Below, piece after piece: positions 23,598 to 35,118 of a stretch of DNA of 37,630 nt; position 1 is the first letter of the stretch; each line of letters begins with the position of its first letter. Under the pieces are notes generated by a model. It saw nothing but the letters and a program-made list of their open reading frames with translations. It was not told the origin of the DNA and searched no databases. The DNA is taken from positions 201,735 to 239,364 of the forward strand of contig CALSCP010002497.1 in assembly GCA_943704425.1 (NCBI GenBank). Reading direction: 5' to 3'. This stretch comes from Ministeria vibrans ATCC 50519. Taxonomy: Eukaryota; Protista; Filasterea. The translations under genes and the position numbers were made by a program.

Positions 23598-25496
23598 TTA
23601 TACATCACTCTCGTTTCTCTTTTTCCTCCGTGCTTTCGTACTGTCCTCGGCATCACTCGCATCATCCATTTCCAACGCGTCCTTTGACTTGCTCGACAAT
23701 GATTTCTTTCCCTTCTTCTTCTTCCTACGACTCGCTGCGCCCCCCTCCTCCTCATGATCACTCTCGCTCTCCCCCCAACCCTTTCGCACTCGCTTCTTCT
23801 CATCTTGAGCCTCATCACCTGTTGCCGGTCCCACTTTGCGATGCTTCCGTCCGCTTTTTCCTTCCGCGCGCCTTGTTTCCTCCGCATCCATGACTTTGCT
23901 CTCCGCATTCTTCTTCTCCAGTTCAGCTATAAAACAAAAAAGAAAGCAATTACAGTATTAGTACTATGAATCGTTACAACAGTATAATATTAATATAATA
24001 TTACCAGCCTTTTCCTTCGCGCGTCTTCTCTTCTCTTCCGCCGATACATAAAAAGTCCCGCCCGACTTGGTTTCAAACCCCGTTTTCCCCGCAACACCAG
24101 CTCCAGACGTCTTCCCCTCGCCTTCTCCCTCAATTTTCTTTCCACCGTCCTTCTCCTCCTCCTCCTCCTCCTCCTCCTCTTCTTCTTCTTCTTCTTCTTC
24201 GCGCTCCCTCTCCGCCGCTCTCTCGGCCGCTCGTGCCCGTCGCGCCTTCTTCTCCTGCGCCTCTCGCTTTGCCTGTCGCTTCATATCGCTCTGCACCTTC
24301 TCATCAATTTCAGTGTATGCCGCATGCAGTGTGTGCAGCAACCAATCAATTCCTGTCAATAAATCCGACAGCATCAATACACATTCGACACAATCTCATT
24401 CATTTTGTACCTCTTGAAACTTCTTTGTCAACCTTTCGCTTTTTCCGCTTCGCCGGCGCATCTGCCGCAGCGTTCGCTTCGCCGCTATCTTCATCTTCAT
24501 CTTCATCGTCCGAATCCGAGTCCGTTTCTGACTCTGACTCTGAATCACTCTCATCATCGCTCGTCTTCCTCTTTTTCTTCTTCTGCTTCTTTTCCTCGAC
24601 CGGTTCGAGACACGCCGAGCAACCACTCACTTGAACTTGTGCGTGCGCTTTGCGTCGAATTCGTTTCACCTTGAGTTTCTTCTCAATCTTCTCGGCCGTT
24701 GCCGGTTTCGCGCCATTCTGTTTGTTCGCCAGCCTACAAACATAAAAAGACATTAAATGGGAACCTTCCGCACACACACACACACACCACAAAGACACAC
24801 ACTCACGCACACGCACACACACACCACAATGACACATATACACACACATACACCACACACACACACACACACACCACAAAGACACACACACACACACACA
24901 CAAAATCCCACACACACTATGTCTCTCTCACTCTTTGAAACTTACACCAACAGTGGTTTTCCTTTCATGCGCTTGTCAAGTGCAACGTTGAGGAGCGCGT
25001 CGCGTGCCTCGTCAAATTTGTCCTTGTCCGTCGCATCCACCACAAACACATATGCATGTGCCTATTACAGTCAAACCCAAACACGAAAATACGAGAGCAT
25101 CATCATGACGCTTCCTACCGCTCACACTCACACAACCATCGTTACCTCAGCTAGGTAGTTGGTCCAGATGGCGCGGATGCCGGCGCCGCCACCAACGTCA
25201 ATGAGTGTCAATGCGAACTTGCCACGCTTCACCTCGTCCTTGTCATATCCCACCGTCGCCGCCATATCATCGTCATGTTCTACACACAGTCAGTGAGGTG
25301 ATGATGCGTGAGGACAGGGGAGGGGCAAACGAAGCAGCGGTGCGCGTGTGTCATGGCATGGCAACGAGAACAACATCCCTTGTTTACCTCCCGTTAAACA
25401 GTGCAACAGCGTTGTCTTCCCCGCATTTCCCAGTCCCAACAGAAGAATCGTCGCAGGAGATCGTTTCCTTGCCAATGCAGATGCCCCAGCGCCCAT
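23598..25496 (-). CDS. ARL13: ARL13-like ciliary small GTPase with coiled-coil tail
   Basis: LLLGLGNAGKTT, ATVGY, DVGGGAGIRAIWTNY (ARL13-type DxGGG lacking the catalytic Gln), LLxLANKQ, GIDWLL..IDEKVQSD..Q, followed by a charged coiled coil. Confidence 0.85.
24770..24920 (+). repeat. (CA)n-based compound microsatellite in an ARL13 intron
   Basis: Directly visible; similar tracts at 27340-27520 and 30170-30225. Confidence 0.9.
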
Positions 25497-25574
25497 GACA
25501 ACAACCAACACACGCACAAAATGTGAATATTGAATAATAAAATTATTATTATTATTAGTATTATTATTTGATCA

Positions 25575-27861
25575 ATGCGACCCCTGTTTTGTCGCCCCCC
25601 TTTAGTAGATGCCTTAAGAAGGCGCTGCTCTTTCTCTTTGTTATCCTCTTCCTCGCTCTCTTCGTCGTCTTTTTCCTGCGCCAAGCCACATCCGGAAACG
25701 ATCGTTGATGTAAATATTTTCAACAGCGCGAGTTGCGTTGCTGACATCGTCTTTGCGTGCTAGGCGGCGCAAGCTCTCGTCGACGGATCCACCTCAAGTG
25801 TTGATCTGATCAAGCGTAGCGTACAGCGAATAGAGCACCAAGCACACCTCAATGCGTTTATTTCGGTCAAACCAACGGAGACGCTGCTGGTCGAGGCGCA
25901 CGCGTCGGATCTCCGCCGCCACTCCGGTTAGAAGCCACAAACGCGTCTCTTCAACAGCCTTTGATCAACACCACACACACCCCCCCTCTATTCTTGAACC
26001 CCAAGGCAAGGCGCTGAGTCGCTACGACGGCATTCCCATTTCGATCAAGGACAACTTTTGCACGACCGACTTGCCAACGACCTGTGCCAGTCGAATGCTG
26101 CAGGACTACACCTCCCCCTTTGATGCGACACTCGTGGCCAAACTCCGTGCTCACGGCTTCATTGTAGTGGGCAAAACGAACATGGATGAGTTTGGCATGG
26201 GGTAAGTAAGGGAGAGGCACTGCAGAGCATCCCGTGCTGACTCATTCCATTGTGTGTTCCCAGCTCGTGTAACATCCACAGTTACTTTGGACCGTGCCTC
26301 AACCCTCATTCGCTTCCGACAGATACCGAGCCACGTGTCAGTGGTGGAAGGTACAGTTGTATCGCAAACGCTAGGACATACTGATGGGTATAATGCAACA
26401 GCTCGGGCGGATCCGCCGTGTCGGTGAGTGCTGGAATGTGCTTTGCTAGCATTGGGAGTGATACGGGAGGGAGCGTGCGTCTGCCTGCCAGCTACACGGG
26501 CTGTGTGGGTGTTAAACCCACTTACGGCACAGTGTAAGTGGAAATTCACCGACAGCGTTAGCCTATCTTTTCACATTTCTCTCGCTCTCTGTCTCTCGAA
26601 CAGGTCTCGGTATGGCCTTGTGGCCTACGCAAGCTCGCTGGACACGCCGGGTGTGCTCGCACGCACAGTCGATGATGCACAGATAGTGCTCGAGTGCATC
26701 TCCGGACCCGATCCGCATGACGAGACGTCTCTCAGCGCCACTGAGCGCCCGATCGCCTCTCTACCCGACGACCGCACACTCCGCTTTGCTGTGCCTCAGG
26801 ATCTCCTGGACACCGTCGAATGCAATACAGTGCGCACCTGCCTTGCCACCCTGGCCCGTCGCCTGTGCCCTGAGACCCACCAGTGCGCCCCACTCCTTTC
26901 CGATGAACTTCTCTCACGCGCCCTCTCGGCCTACTACGCCATTGTGTCCGCCGAAGCAATGAGTAACCTTGCACGCTTTTCAGGTTTCCACTATGGTAAC
27001 TGAGTAAAGAGCTCCTTCTCTCGTCCCATCTCTCATATTATTTTTCCAATAGGGTTTCACAGTGGCAGTGACGGACGCGCGACAGCCCAAGCAGAGTATG
27101 CGCAGTACACTCGCACGCGCGACATGGCCTTTGGCGCCACTGTCAAGCAGCGTATTCGTACGGGCGAGACTGTCCTCGCTCAAAGGTACCCCGAAAGCAG
27201 TAGACTCTTGTGTGTTTATGTTATTGCTTTGCAGCACTTATGATGAGCTGTATGTGCGTGCGTTGGAAACACGTCAAGAAGTGTGCGATGCACTAGAGAG
27301 TTACTTTGACACGCACAACATTGACTGTCTCGTTGGTAATGCCACACACACACACATACAAATCATGCGCAGAGACACTCTCAAAGACAAACACACGCAC
27401 ACTGATTCACTCATTCATCACACTTTCACATACACACACGCACACTCACTCACTTACTCACTTACTTACTCTCTCACTCGCTCATTCACTCACTCACTCA
27501 TTTGCACACACACACACACAGACAGAGGGAGAAGACTCACGTTTTGCACTCAATCTATGTAGTTCCGACGTCCCCCACAAGCGCCCCGTTGTTATCAGAG
27601 GCTATGCACAGCAGCACTGCCACTAGCGCCACAACGCCCTCTACTGCGGATTCCGCTGACACTGTGCGTTTGTCACTCTCGCGTGAATCCCGAGCGGATC
27701 TTCTCACGGTGCCTTTTTCCCTTGCACGTTTACCCGCACTGGCACTCCCCATTCCCTCGCCCCCATCGCTCCCGTGTGCTCTCCAGCTTGTTACACGCCG
27801 TCACTGTGAACCCACTCTTTTCCGCGCCGCTCACACTATCCAGAGAGCTCTCTCGCAATGA
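25575..27861 (+). CDS. QRSL1: Mitochondrial glutamyl-tRNA(Gln) amidotransferase subunit A
   Basis: R/S-rich transit-like N-terminus; [24 protein letters not shown]|[52 protein letters not shown]. Confidence 0.92.
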
Positions 27862-27907
27862 ACAACGTCAATCATTCAATTGTGTACACTGATTATGTTA
27901 TTATGTT

Positions 27908-29041
27908 TCATTGTTGCGCTCCTTTCCCTTGGCTCTGATCCTTCTTTTGCTGCTGCTGTTCCCGTCGAGCCTCCGTTTCGTATTGAAATTGCTTCTGAAA
28001 AGCAATGAGGAGGCGCAGAGGCGCAAGCACGGCATCGACGAGGCGCACGCGACGCATGTCGGCGTCGAGGGCAACCAGGGCGTGAGCCACGGCCTCGGCT
28101 GTGCTCAGGCACTTGCGTTCCGGCTCGCGCATCAGCGAGTGAAATTCGCCGTAATCGTCGCCCGGTAGGTCGATTTGAACGAGCGGTATGTGCGCAATCA
28201 GACGCGGGTTCCACTTGATGGTGCGCTGGGCGGTCGCCCAGGTCGCATCGATTGCAATGAGGGTCAGCGGATCGTCCGCACTGGCGGGTCTTGTGTCGAG
28301 CGAGAGCGACGGAAGAGACGCAGCCACTTCGCTGTCGCTTAACGTGTTGACCGTTACCGAACGACTGTGAGGAAAGAGAAAGACGGAGCGGCCGCTTGAG
28401 AGAGCCGCGTCTAGCACGGGATAGCGACCGGCGCGGAAGTCCGAGTCGACAATGACGGTGGCGTGTTGCAAGAGCAACAGAGCAATGCGGGCGGTGCCGT
28501 TGCCCAAGTGAGTCGTGGGATGGACCAAAAGAATGAGGCGTACATTGCGGTTGTTAAAGGGAACGTCGGGTAACGAGGAGCACAAACAGGTTCGCGAGGG
28601 GCGATGGCATCGCTCGCACATTCGTCTTTTGGACGCGCCATTGGTGACTGTGTCGAGCGTGACGGGGCTCGACTCGCCAATCGACTCGCCTGATGTGTCG
28701 GCCACCGCCTCGACGGCGGCGGCACACGCCAAGAGCGCACGCACCTGCGTACGCGGACGTTGAGGCTCCGCTTTGTGCAGTCGCCCCCGTCGGCTGCTCT
28801 GTCGCGCAAATACTCTCCACTCAATGTCGAATCCCGTGGCAAGCAAGTCTCTGACCCGTTCGTGGTCGTGTCGAAACATGTGGTGGACCACCAGGTGTCG
28901 CCACACGCGATTCTCAAAGCCAATGCGTCGACAGCGCTTGTTCACTGCTGCAAAGCTGTTGACGTCCATCGGCGTGTCCAGCCACATTACAATGCATCTC
29001 AAGCACTGGTCCGGTAACGACTCCCAAGTTGACACCGACAT
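27908..29041 (-). CDS. F-box domain fused to a DTW-domain tRNA-uridine aminocarboxypropyltransferase (DTWD2/TapT-like); single exon
   Basis: N-terminal WESLPDQCLRCIVMWL..DVNSFAAVNKRCRRI..VWRHL (F-box); RRMCERCHRPSRTCLC, LILLVHP, GTARI, IDATW, LSTAEAV (DTW). Confidence 0.85.
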   Translation of the reverse strand: MSVSTWESLPDQCLRCIVMWLDTPMDVNSFAAVNKRCRRIGFENRVWRHLVVHHMFRHDHERVRDLLATGFDIEWRVFARQSSRRGRLHKAEPQRPRTQVRALLACAAAVEAVADTSGESIGESSPVTLDTVTNGASKRRMCERCHRPSRTCLCSSLPDVPFNNRNVRLILLVHPTTHLGNGTARIALLLLQHATVIVDSDFRAGRYPVLDAALSSGRSVFLFPHSRSVTVNTLSDSEVAASLPSLSLDTRPASADDPLTLIAIDATWATAQRTIKWNPRLIAHIPLVQIDLPGDDYGEFHSLMREPERKCLSTAEAVAHALVALDADMRRVRLVDAVLAPLRLLIAFQKQFQYETEARREQQQQKKDQSQGKGAQQ

Positions 29042-29143
29042 TGACGTGTGAATGAACGAAAAGAATTAAAATAGTCCGAGAAAGTTTCTTTTTTTTTTTT
29101 TTTTTAAAAGGGGGGGGTTCAATTTTTGACAAGTGAAAAGAGA

Positions 29144-30166
29144 TCAGTTCATGGTGCGGATCAAGCCGTTGATCTTGTCCTCGCGGTTGCCGTAGTCGCC
29201 ACCCTCGGTGAAGTGGTTTCCGAGCTTGGAAAGACCACCCAGCGAGCTAGAGAAGAAGATGGAACACGAGAGAGTGAGTTGAGTTTCGTCGCCAATCGAA
29301 GTCACCAGGTTGGGCAAGCATGTTCTCTGTTCTCTTACCTGGAGAGCTTGAAGGGCCAGAGGAAGTTGGAGACCTGCTTGAAGTTGGCGCCGCAGGTGGC
29401 GAGCTCGTGGACAATGTCTTCGAGGCAGATGATGCCGAACTTGCCGAGAGCCTCCTCGACAATGGAGTTGTCGGTGAGGGCGGTGCGGCGGCCACCGACC
29501 TTGCCGTATCCGCGCTTGTAGACGAGCTCGCGGATCGACTTAAGGTTGGGGTAACCGTATGTAATGTAGGGCTCGACAACGCGCAGCATGTTGATGGTGG
29601 CAGCGTTGAGCTTGATGAACACACCGTTGTTGATCTGGAGCAGACGCAGGAGCTGGAGCACCTTGCGCACCTTGGGGTGGATGCCGTTGATACCACGGAT
29701 GCGGATGACAAAGGCGATCTTGGGCTCCGGCTGCACGTAGTAGCCTCCCTGCTGCTTGGCCTGACGGCGAAGTCGCACCGCGTCCTTCTCGATGGTGCGG
29801 TACTCACGGACGTACTTCTCGGCGCGCTTGAAGATCTCCTGGCGGGTCTGCTTGCGGTGCTGTAAGGGCGCAGAAGCAACCATAAAAAAGGGAGACAAAG
29901 AGTAAAAAGTTAAAAACGAAAACTGGAAGAAAAAAATGTACCTTGCGAGCAGTGACCTTGGCAGCGATGGCAGCCTGCTTGTTCTTCTCAGCTGTCTTAC
30001 GCTTCTTCAGCACAGTCTCCGGTACTCCGCTGTAAGTCAAAAAAAAAAAGAGAGAGAGAATAAGTGAAGTGACAAGACAAAAGGCAAAAGATGGCATGGG
30101 CCACATAAGAAGCACACGCAAAAGGAAGAGACGCTCACTCACGACGGGAACACGTGGCAGATGAAG

Positions 30167-30226
<60 letters not shown>

Positions 30227-30286
30227 GAAGGGACAGTAGAGTAAAAAAAAAACGAAGACTTACGCTGCGGTTGCCTTGTCGGACAT
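29144..30286 (-). CDS. RPL7: 60S ribosomal protein L7 (uL30), 4 coding exons
   Basis: [74 protein letters not shown]. Confidence 0.98.
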
Positions 30287-30302
30287 TTCGGATAAAAATG
30301 CT

Positions 30303-30396
30303 CTAGAAGGGAGGGGGAGAGTCAAGGCGGAGGGTAAGAGGCGAGCGAGAGACCAGCACAAGGCGTGTTTTTTGCGCAGCGAGTGAGGAAACGAGG

Positions 30397-30429
<33 letters not shown>

Positions 30430-30871
30430 GGNNNNNNNNNNAAAAAAAAAAAAAAAAAAGTGGCTCGTTGTGCACACGGGGCGCAAGCCAGGAGGGCATT
30501 TGAGGGCTGCACGGCGGGGTTGCGCATCCACAGCACGGGCGGCTTGGCACTGTGTATGCCGCAGAAGCCTGGCGACGTGTCTGCGTTCCTCCTGGAGAGC
30601 TTTTTTTTTCAATGAAAATGAACGAGCTGAAAATCCGAGCAGTGACTTAGGAGAGCGTGGAGGGCGAGAAAACACGCGGATGGGTCGACACGGGCACGTC
30701 GGCCACGCACACTCCAGTGCTACCCGGAGAGCGGCACGATTCCACGCGGATTGCCCAGTCGCTTTTTTTTTTTTTTTCTTTTTCAACGCGACTGAAAGAG
30801 CCATGCGAACACGCAAACGCAGCAAGCAGATGCCCGTTCAGAGAGAACGCAGACAAAATGGCAACACGTAC
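30303..30871 (-). other. ~570-nt structured 5'-UTR intron of RPL7, preceded by a TOP-like leader (~30872-30897)
   Basis: Leader TCCTTTTTTTTTGCCTTC, gtacgt donor, ccttctag acceptor 16 nt before the ATG; multiple 7-8 bp inverted repeats. Contains a 10-N gap. Confidence 0.7.
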
Positions 30872-31122
30872 CTGTTTGAAGGCAAAAAAAAAGGACGAAT
30901 GAAGTCAAATCTCAAGTCAGACTGTCCAAAGAAGTCACAACTCAAATCGCATCTCCACCCCATCCCCCTCATCGATTCCCTTCTGCGCCATGCCGACTTA
31001 GGTCTTAGAGGCGTGGATGCGACCATGGGGGGAATGATAAAGGCTGTTGGCTTGAAAGGCGATACAAATCCACCATCATAAACAATCAAATAGATCATAC
31101 TCTATTCAGAGTATTTTATTCG

Positions 31123-32758
31123 ATGCGACGCGCTGTTTTGCTGGCACTTGTTGCATTTGGTGCGCTGGTGTGCGGCGACAGCGGCGTCGCTTCGCCCTCT
31201 CGCTATGCGTATGTGACATTGATCTACGACAAGTCCTTTCTGTCGGCCGTGCGCGTCCTGGCGGCGTCGGTGCGCGCGACAGGAACTCAATATCCCTTCG
31301 AGGTCAACACACCACACCAAAAAAAAAATACATCTCTTTCCTCTTTCTTCACTCATCCGCTGCTCTGTCGCCCTTCTCACGGCGACTGTAGGTCCTTGTC
31401 ACGTCTGACATTGAGAATGACTTTCGTGAGCCGCTGGAGGCGGACGGTGCTCGCGTGCGCGTCGTCGAGAAGATCAAGAATCCCCATGTTCACCATCCGA
31501 GCTTTCAGAAGCGTCTCCTCTACGTCTTCACCAAACTCAACCTCTTTCGTATGATCGACTACGACCGCATTGTCTACCTCGACGCCGACACGCTTGTCGT
31601 GAAGCCCATTGACGAGATGTTCGAGTGTGGCGACGTGTGCGCCTCACCACGCGATGCCTTTTTCAACGCCGGCGTCCTTGTCCTGTCGCCGCGCGCCGAA
31701 CTCTTTGACGACCTTGTGAGCAAACGCACCCAGCTCACGTCGTACAACGGCGGCGAACAGGGCTTTCTCAACAACTACTTCAATCGCTACGGCGACTCGG
31801 TCCAATTCACTCCCAAGGCGACTGCGCCACTCGCCGACACCGGCGACTGTCGCGGAAAGTACGCCTCTGGCAAACCGGTACTTGTTTCTTTGTTTGTTTT
31901 GTTTCTTTGTTTTTCTGTGCGTACATGCATAGCTTGACTAACTACGGTATATTGTGTGTTGCAGGTACGATGCCAGAAAATGTCACCTTCGTACAACGGC
32001 GACATTGGGATGTATTACATCCGCAACCGAGTGTGGTGGCTGAGCAAGGACACATCGGCGGCACAAGAGGGCCACCAGTCGCCCCACGTCATCCACTACA
32101 CACTGGGCCCTACCAAGCCCTGGCTCTGGTGGACCTACCCTCTCTTTGAACTCAACTTCCTCTGGTACTCTGTCTTCACCAGTCTGCCTCGCTCCTCCTA
32201 CTTCCGTAACCAAGTCTACATTCTCTGTATGTGTATTGTGCTGACTATTTTGTGTTTTTTATCCCAGACGGTGCCTTTTTTGTACATGCTCTGTGTCTTG
32301 CGGTCCCCCTTGCACTGCTCTACGCCCTTCTCCACATGCTTGCTCCCTTCCGCTCCACCGCCAACTTCCTCTCCACTCGCACTCCCTTTATCAAACCACT
32401 CTCAAGGTCAGTAACACACACACACATATATATCTATAATATATATAATTATGTTACATATATTATACCTCTATCACGTTGTTTGTCTCTTTCTCTCTTT
32501 CTCTCTTTCTCTCTTTCTTTCTTTCTGTCTCTCGATCAGTTTGTTTCTCTCTCTACTCTCACACTCACTATTCTCTCTATACAGTCGTGTTCCGTCTGTT
32601 CCTGCTCGTGTCAATCAGGTTGCGTTGGCTCTTCTCAGCTGCTTTTGTGTCTTTGTCTCTGGTCAGATTGCCTACTCCATCACAAACTCTCTCTGTGGCT
32701 CCCTCGTACGCAAAAAAAAAAAAAACAAAAAAAGCATTATAGTGCACTAAGAATAAAA

Positions 32759-32813
<55 letters not shown>

Positions 32814-33260
32814 TAATGCTGTTTTTGTGAATCTAGATTTATGCTCCACTTGTGACCTACCTGGTGCTAATGTTGTTCACGCTGCTTTGTGATGTTCTTT
32901 TCCATCTAACCCTGTTCGCGACAATCCGACGTGTCTCTCGGTATCCTCCCATCTTTGTTACTGTCCGTGTGTGTTGTATGGGCCACTCAATTTTGTTTGT
33001 GTAGTCAAAAGACTTCCTCTGGAAGCGACATTGAGTCGCGTCGTCGCCTCATTATGGAGAGTTCCCTTCAGTATGCACTTTTGTATGTGACTCTGCTGGC
33101 CGTGTCCTACCTCGAGATGTGTCAGCCGCTCAAGATCAAGGTGGGTCTGCTAGTGGTCGTTATGCTGCTCCTGCTTGTATGGCGCACCCTCTTTGTCGAC
33201 CGCATGAGGAAGCTGTGGGTCGCCGAAGCGCCTACCGCTGCCCAATCTGATATGCTGTAA
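31123..33260 (+). CDS. GT8 glycosyltransferase, IPUT1/PGSIP6-like (inositol-phosphoceramide glucuronosyltransferase), with signal peptide and C-terminal TM helices
   Basis: AYVTLIYD..VRVLAASVRATG, VFTKLNLF, IVYLDADT (DxD), FNAGVLVLSP, SYNGGEQGFLN, VIHYTLGPTKPWLWWT, then several hydrophobic exons. Confidence 0.8.
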
Positions 33261-33356
33261 ACTTATTTACATTGAACTCTTAAAAAATTAATATTTTATT
33301 CTACTTCCCGTGTACCCCAAAGATAATCAGTGGTCCGTCAGCAGCAATCGAGCAAG

Positions 33357-33650
33357 ATGGGCCGTGTCGATCCTTCTGCAAGTGGCAAGCCTCGGGCGCA
33401 GGCTAAGCTGCGCGCTCCTCGCGCCGTCCCCACCCTCCGCTACCGCGCCGAACGAGGCGAAAACGAGAAGCACACGGCCGCCGCAACCCGTAAACAAGAA
33501 CAGAAGGCCCGGAGCGCGGCAGGCAAGCCCGCGTCGCAGCATGACGGCGCTTCTCTCATCCGTCGCATCTTTGAGGTCGTCGTTGTTGTTGGCATTGCTG
33601 TGGCTCTCATCGGTCTCTATCTATCGCTCCAGAACGCCAAAGCCAAGTAG
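33357..33650 (+). CDS. Small basic tail-anchored membrane protein, function unknown
   Basis: 97-aa ORF with a single C-terminal hydrophobic helix (IFEVVVVVGIAVALIGLYLSL); GC-rich between AT-rich spacers. Confidence 0.55.
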   Translation: MGRVDPSASGKPRAQAKLRAPRAVPTLRYRAERGENEKHTAAATRKQEQKARSAAGKPASQHDGASLIRRIFEVVVVVGIAVALIGLYLSLQNAKAK

Positions 33651-33843
33651 AGGCTGGCGATAGACCCTGGCAGGCTGGTTTTCAGGCAATTTTGTAACCG
33701 TGTGAGTGAAGATGAAGATTTGAAAAAGACACTGCAAACGAACTTGAAAACTTCTCAAAAGACTCAACTCCTAAGAATAAAATTAGTACTCATTTATTTT
33801 TTGTCCGATTCTGTTACTTCGCTCTCCATCATAGGGTCGCTGC

Positions 33844-34947
33844 ATGATTCGCGTATTTCTACTGGTCGTGTGTGCGAGTCTTGCCGCTGCGAATTCGATC
33901 TACTTCGTGCAGTATTTCAACCTGCAAGGCACATCAATGGCCTGCCCGGCTCCCCTCAACATCACAGACTCTAGCATTGCCGCCAATGTCTTCAAATTAA
34001 AAGTGTCTACCGACGCCTCTATGGTGAACGATCTCATCAAAGGTATTCTATAATATAATTTTTTTTCCTCTTTTTTTTTCCCCTTCTTGTTGTCATCACG
34101 CCGTCAAGAAGAACACAGACAGGCGCGCAGTCTAACGATAGACACGCAATGTGTGTGTTACACGCACAGTCGCGACAAAAGAGGAACGCGCTGGACTCAT
34201 TTTCGTGCTGTAGACGGTCTTGGGTCCTACCGAGCAACGCAAACGACGCCCGGCGGTCCAGTGACGCTCCAGTGGCACTGTGTGTGCCCCCCGCCGCTGT
34301 TTGGAACCCCGCCGTGTGCCAATATGACATGTACATATACAGGCGTGCTGCCGACGGCCGGTGCGTGTGTCGCGACGCAGGCAGGCAACACGACGGGCTC
34401 GGTGCTGCTGCAGTACTTCGAGACGAGCCAGTGTGCCATGGCGACCGCAGCCGCAGCCATGCCCTCGCTCGCCCCCAACATGTATGCGCGCATTGCAAAT
34501 CCAGCCGAGCCCCAAGATCGCTGTGGATTCGACCCGGCGGACGGCACGCCCTGGTACGAGGTCAACTTTGTCGAGAGCACCGGTCCCACCACATGCGTCA
34601 ACTCAACGCGACCCAGCACCGCAGGCGGCTCGGAAACCTTTGACGTGAGTGACAACACCTACAACTGGCACCAATGGGTGACGCCCGGCTGCCAGGCCGC
34701 CCCCTACCTCGTCCTCTCCAGCACCCTTGGCGCCTGCACCCACGCCTCCAACAACATCTTCTACCTGTTCGCAAACTCGCTTCCCTGCGCTCCCTTTAGT
34801 GCTTTCCCCGCGCCCAAGCCGCACGATGCAACGGGCGCCATTGTCGGCTCCGTCATTGGCGGCATCCTCCTTGCCGCCATCATCATCTCCATCATGGTTG
34901 TCACCGTCAAGCGACAGTCGCAGGGCTCCTACGAGACTGTCCAATAA
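33844..34947 (+). CDS. Cys/Thr-rich type I membrane glycoprotein with a short cytosolic tail
   Basis: Signal peptide MIRVFLLVVCASLAAA; intron ~34043-34212; TM GAIVGSVIGGILLAAIIISIMVVTV; tail KRQSQGSYETVQ*. Confidence 0.75.
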
Positions 34948-35118
34948 TAAAATAATTAATTTCGTACCACTCCTGCACAATTCTCTGTTCAGTCTACTCT
35001 TGAGCACATCTCGCGCAAGAGGATCACATGTACAGACGGAATATTATGTTTGCATGAGTAGGAATAGAAAAGTTAATTGATAATCACCATAATAATATTA
35101 TTTCACTTGCATTTCTCC

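Noticed and set aside
25394-25747. Upstream minus-strand ORF as an ARL13 N-terminal extension
   Set aside because: It is antisense to the GatA transit-peptide exon and out of frame with the GTPase.
32941-33004. U12-like donor GTATCCTC in the GT8 gene
   Set aside because: The eighth base deviates from GTATCCTT and there is no TCCTTAAC branch site; probably an ordinary U2 intron.
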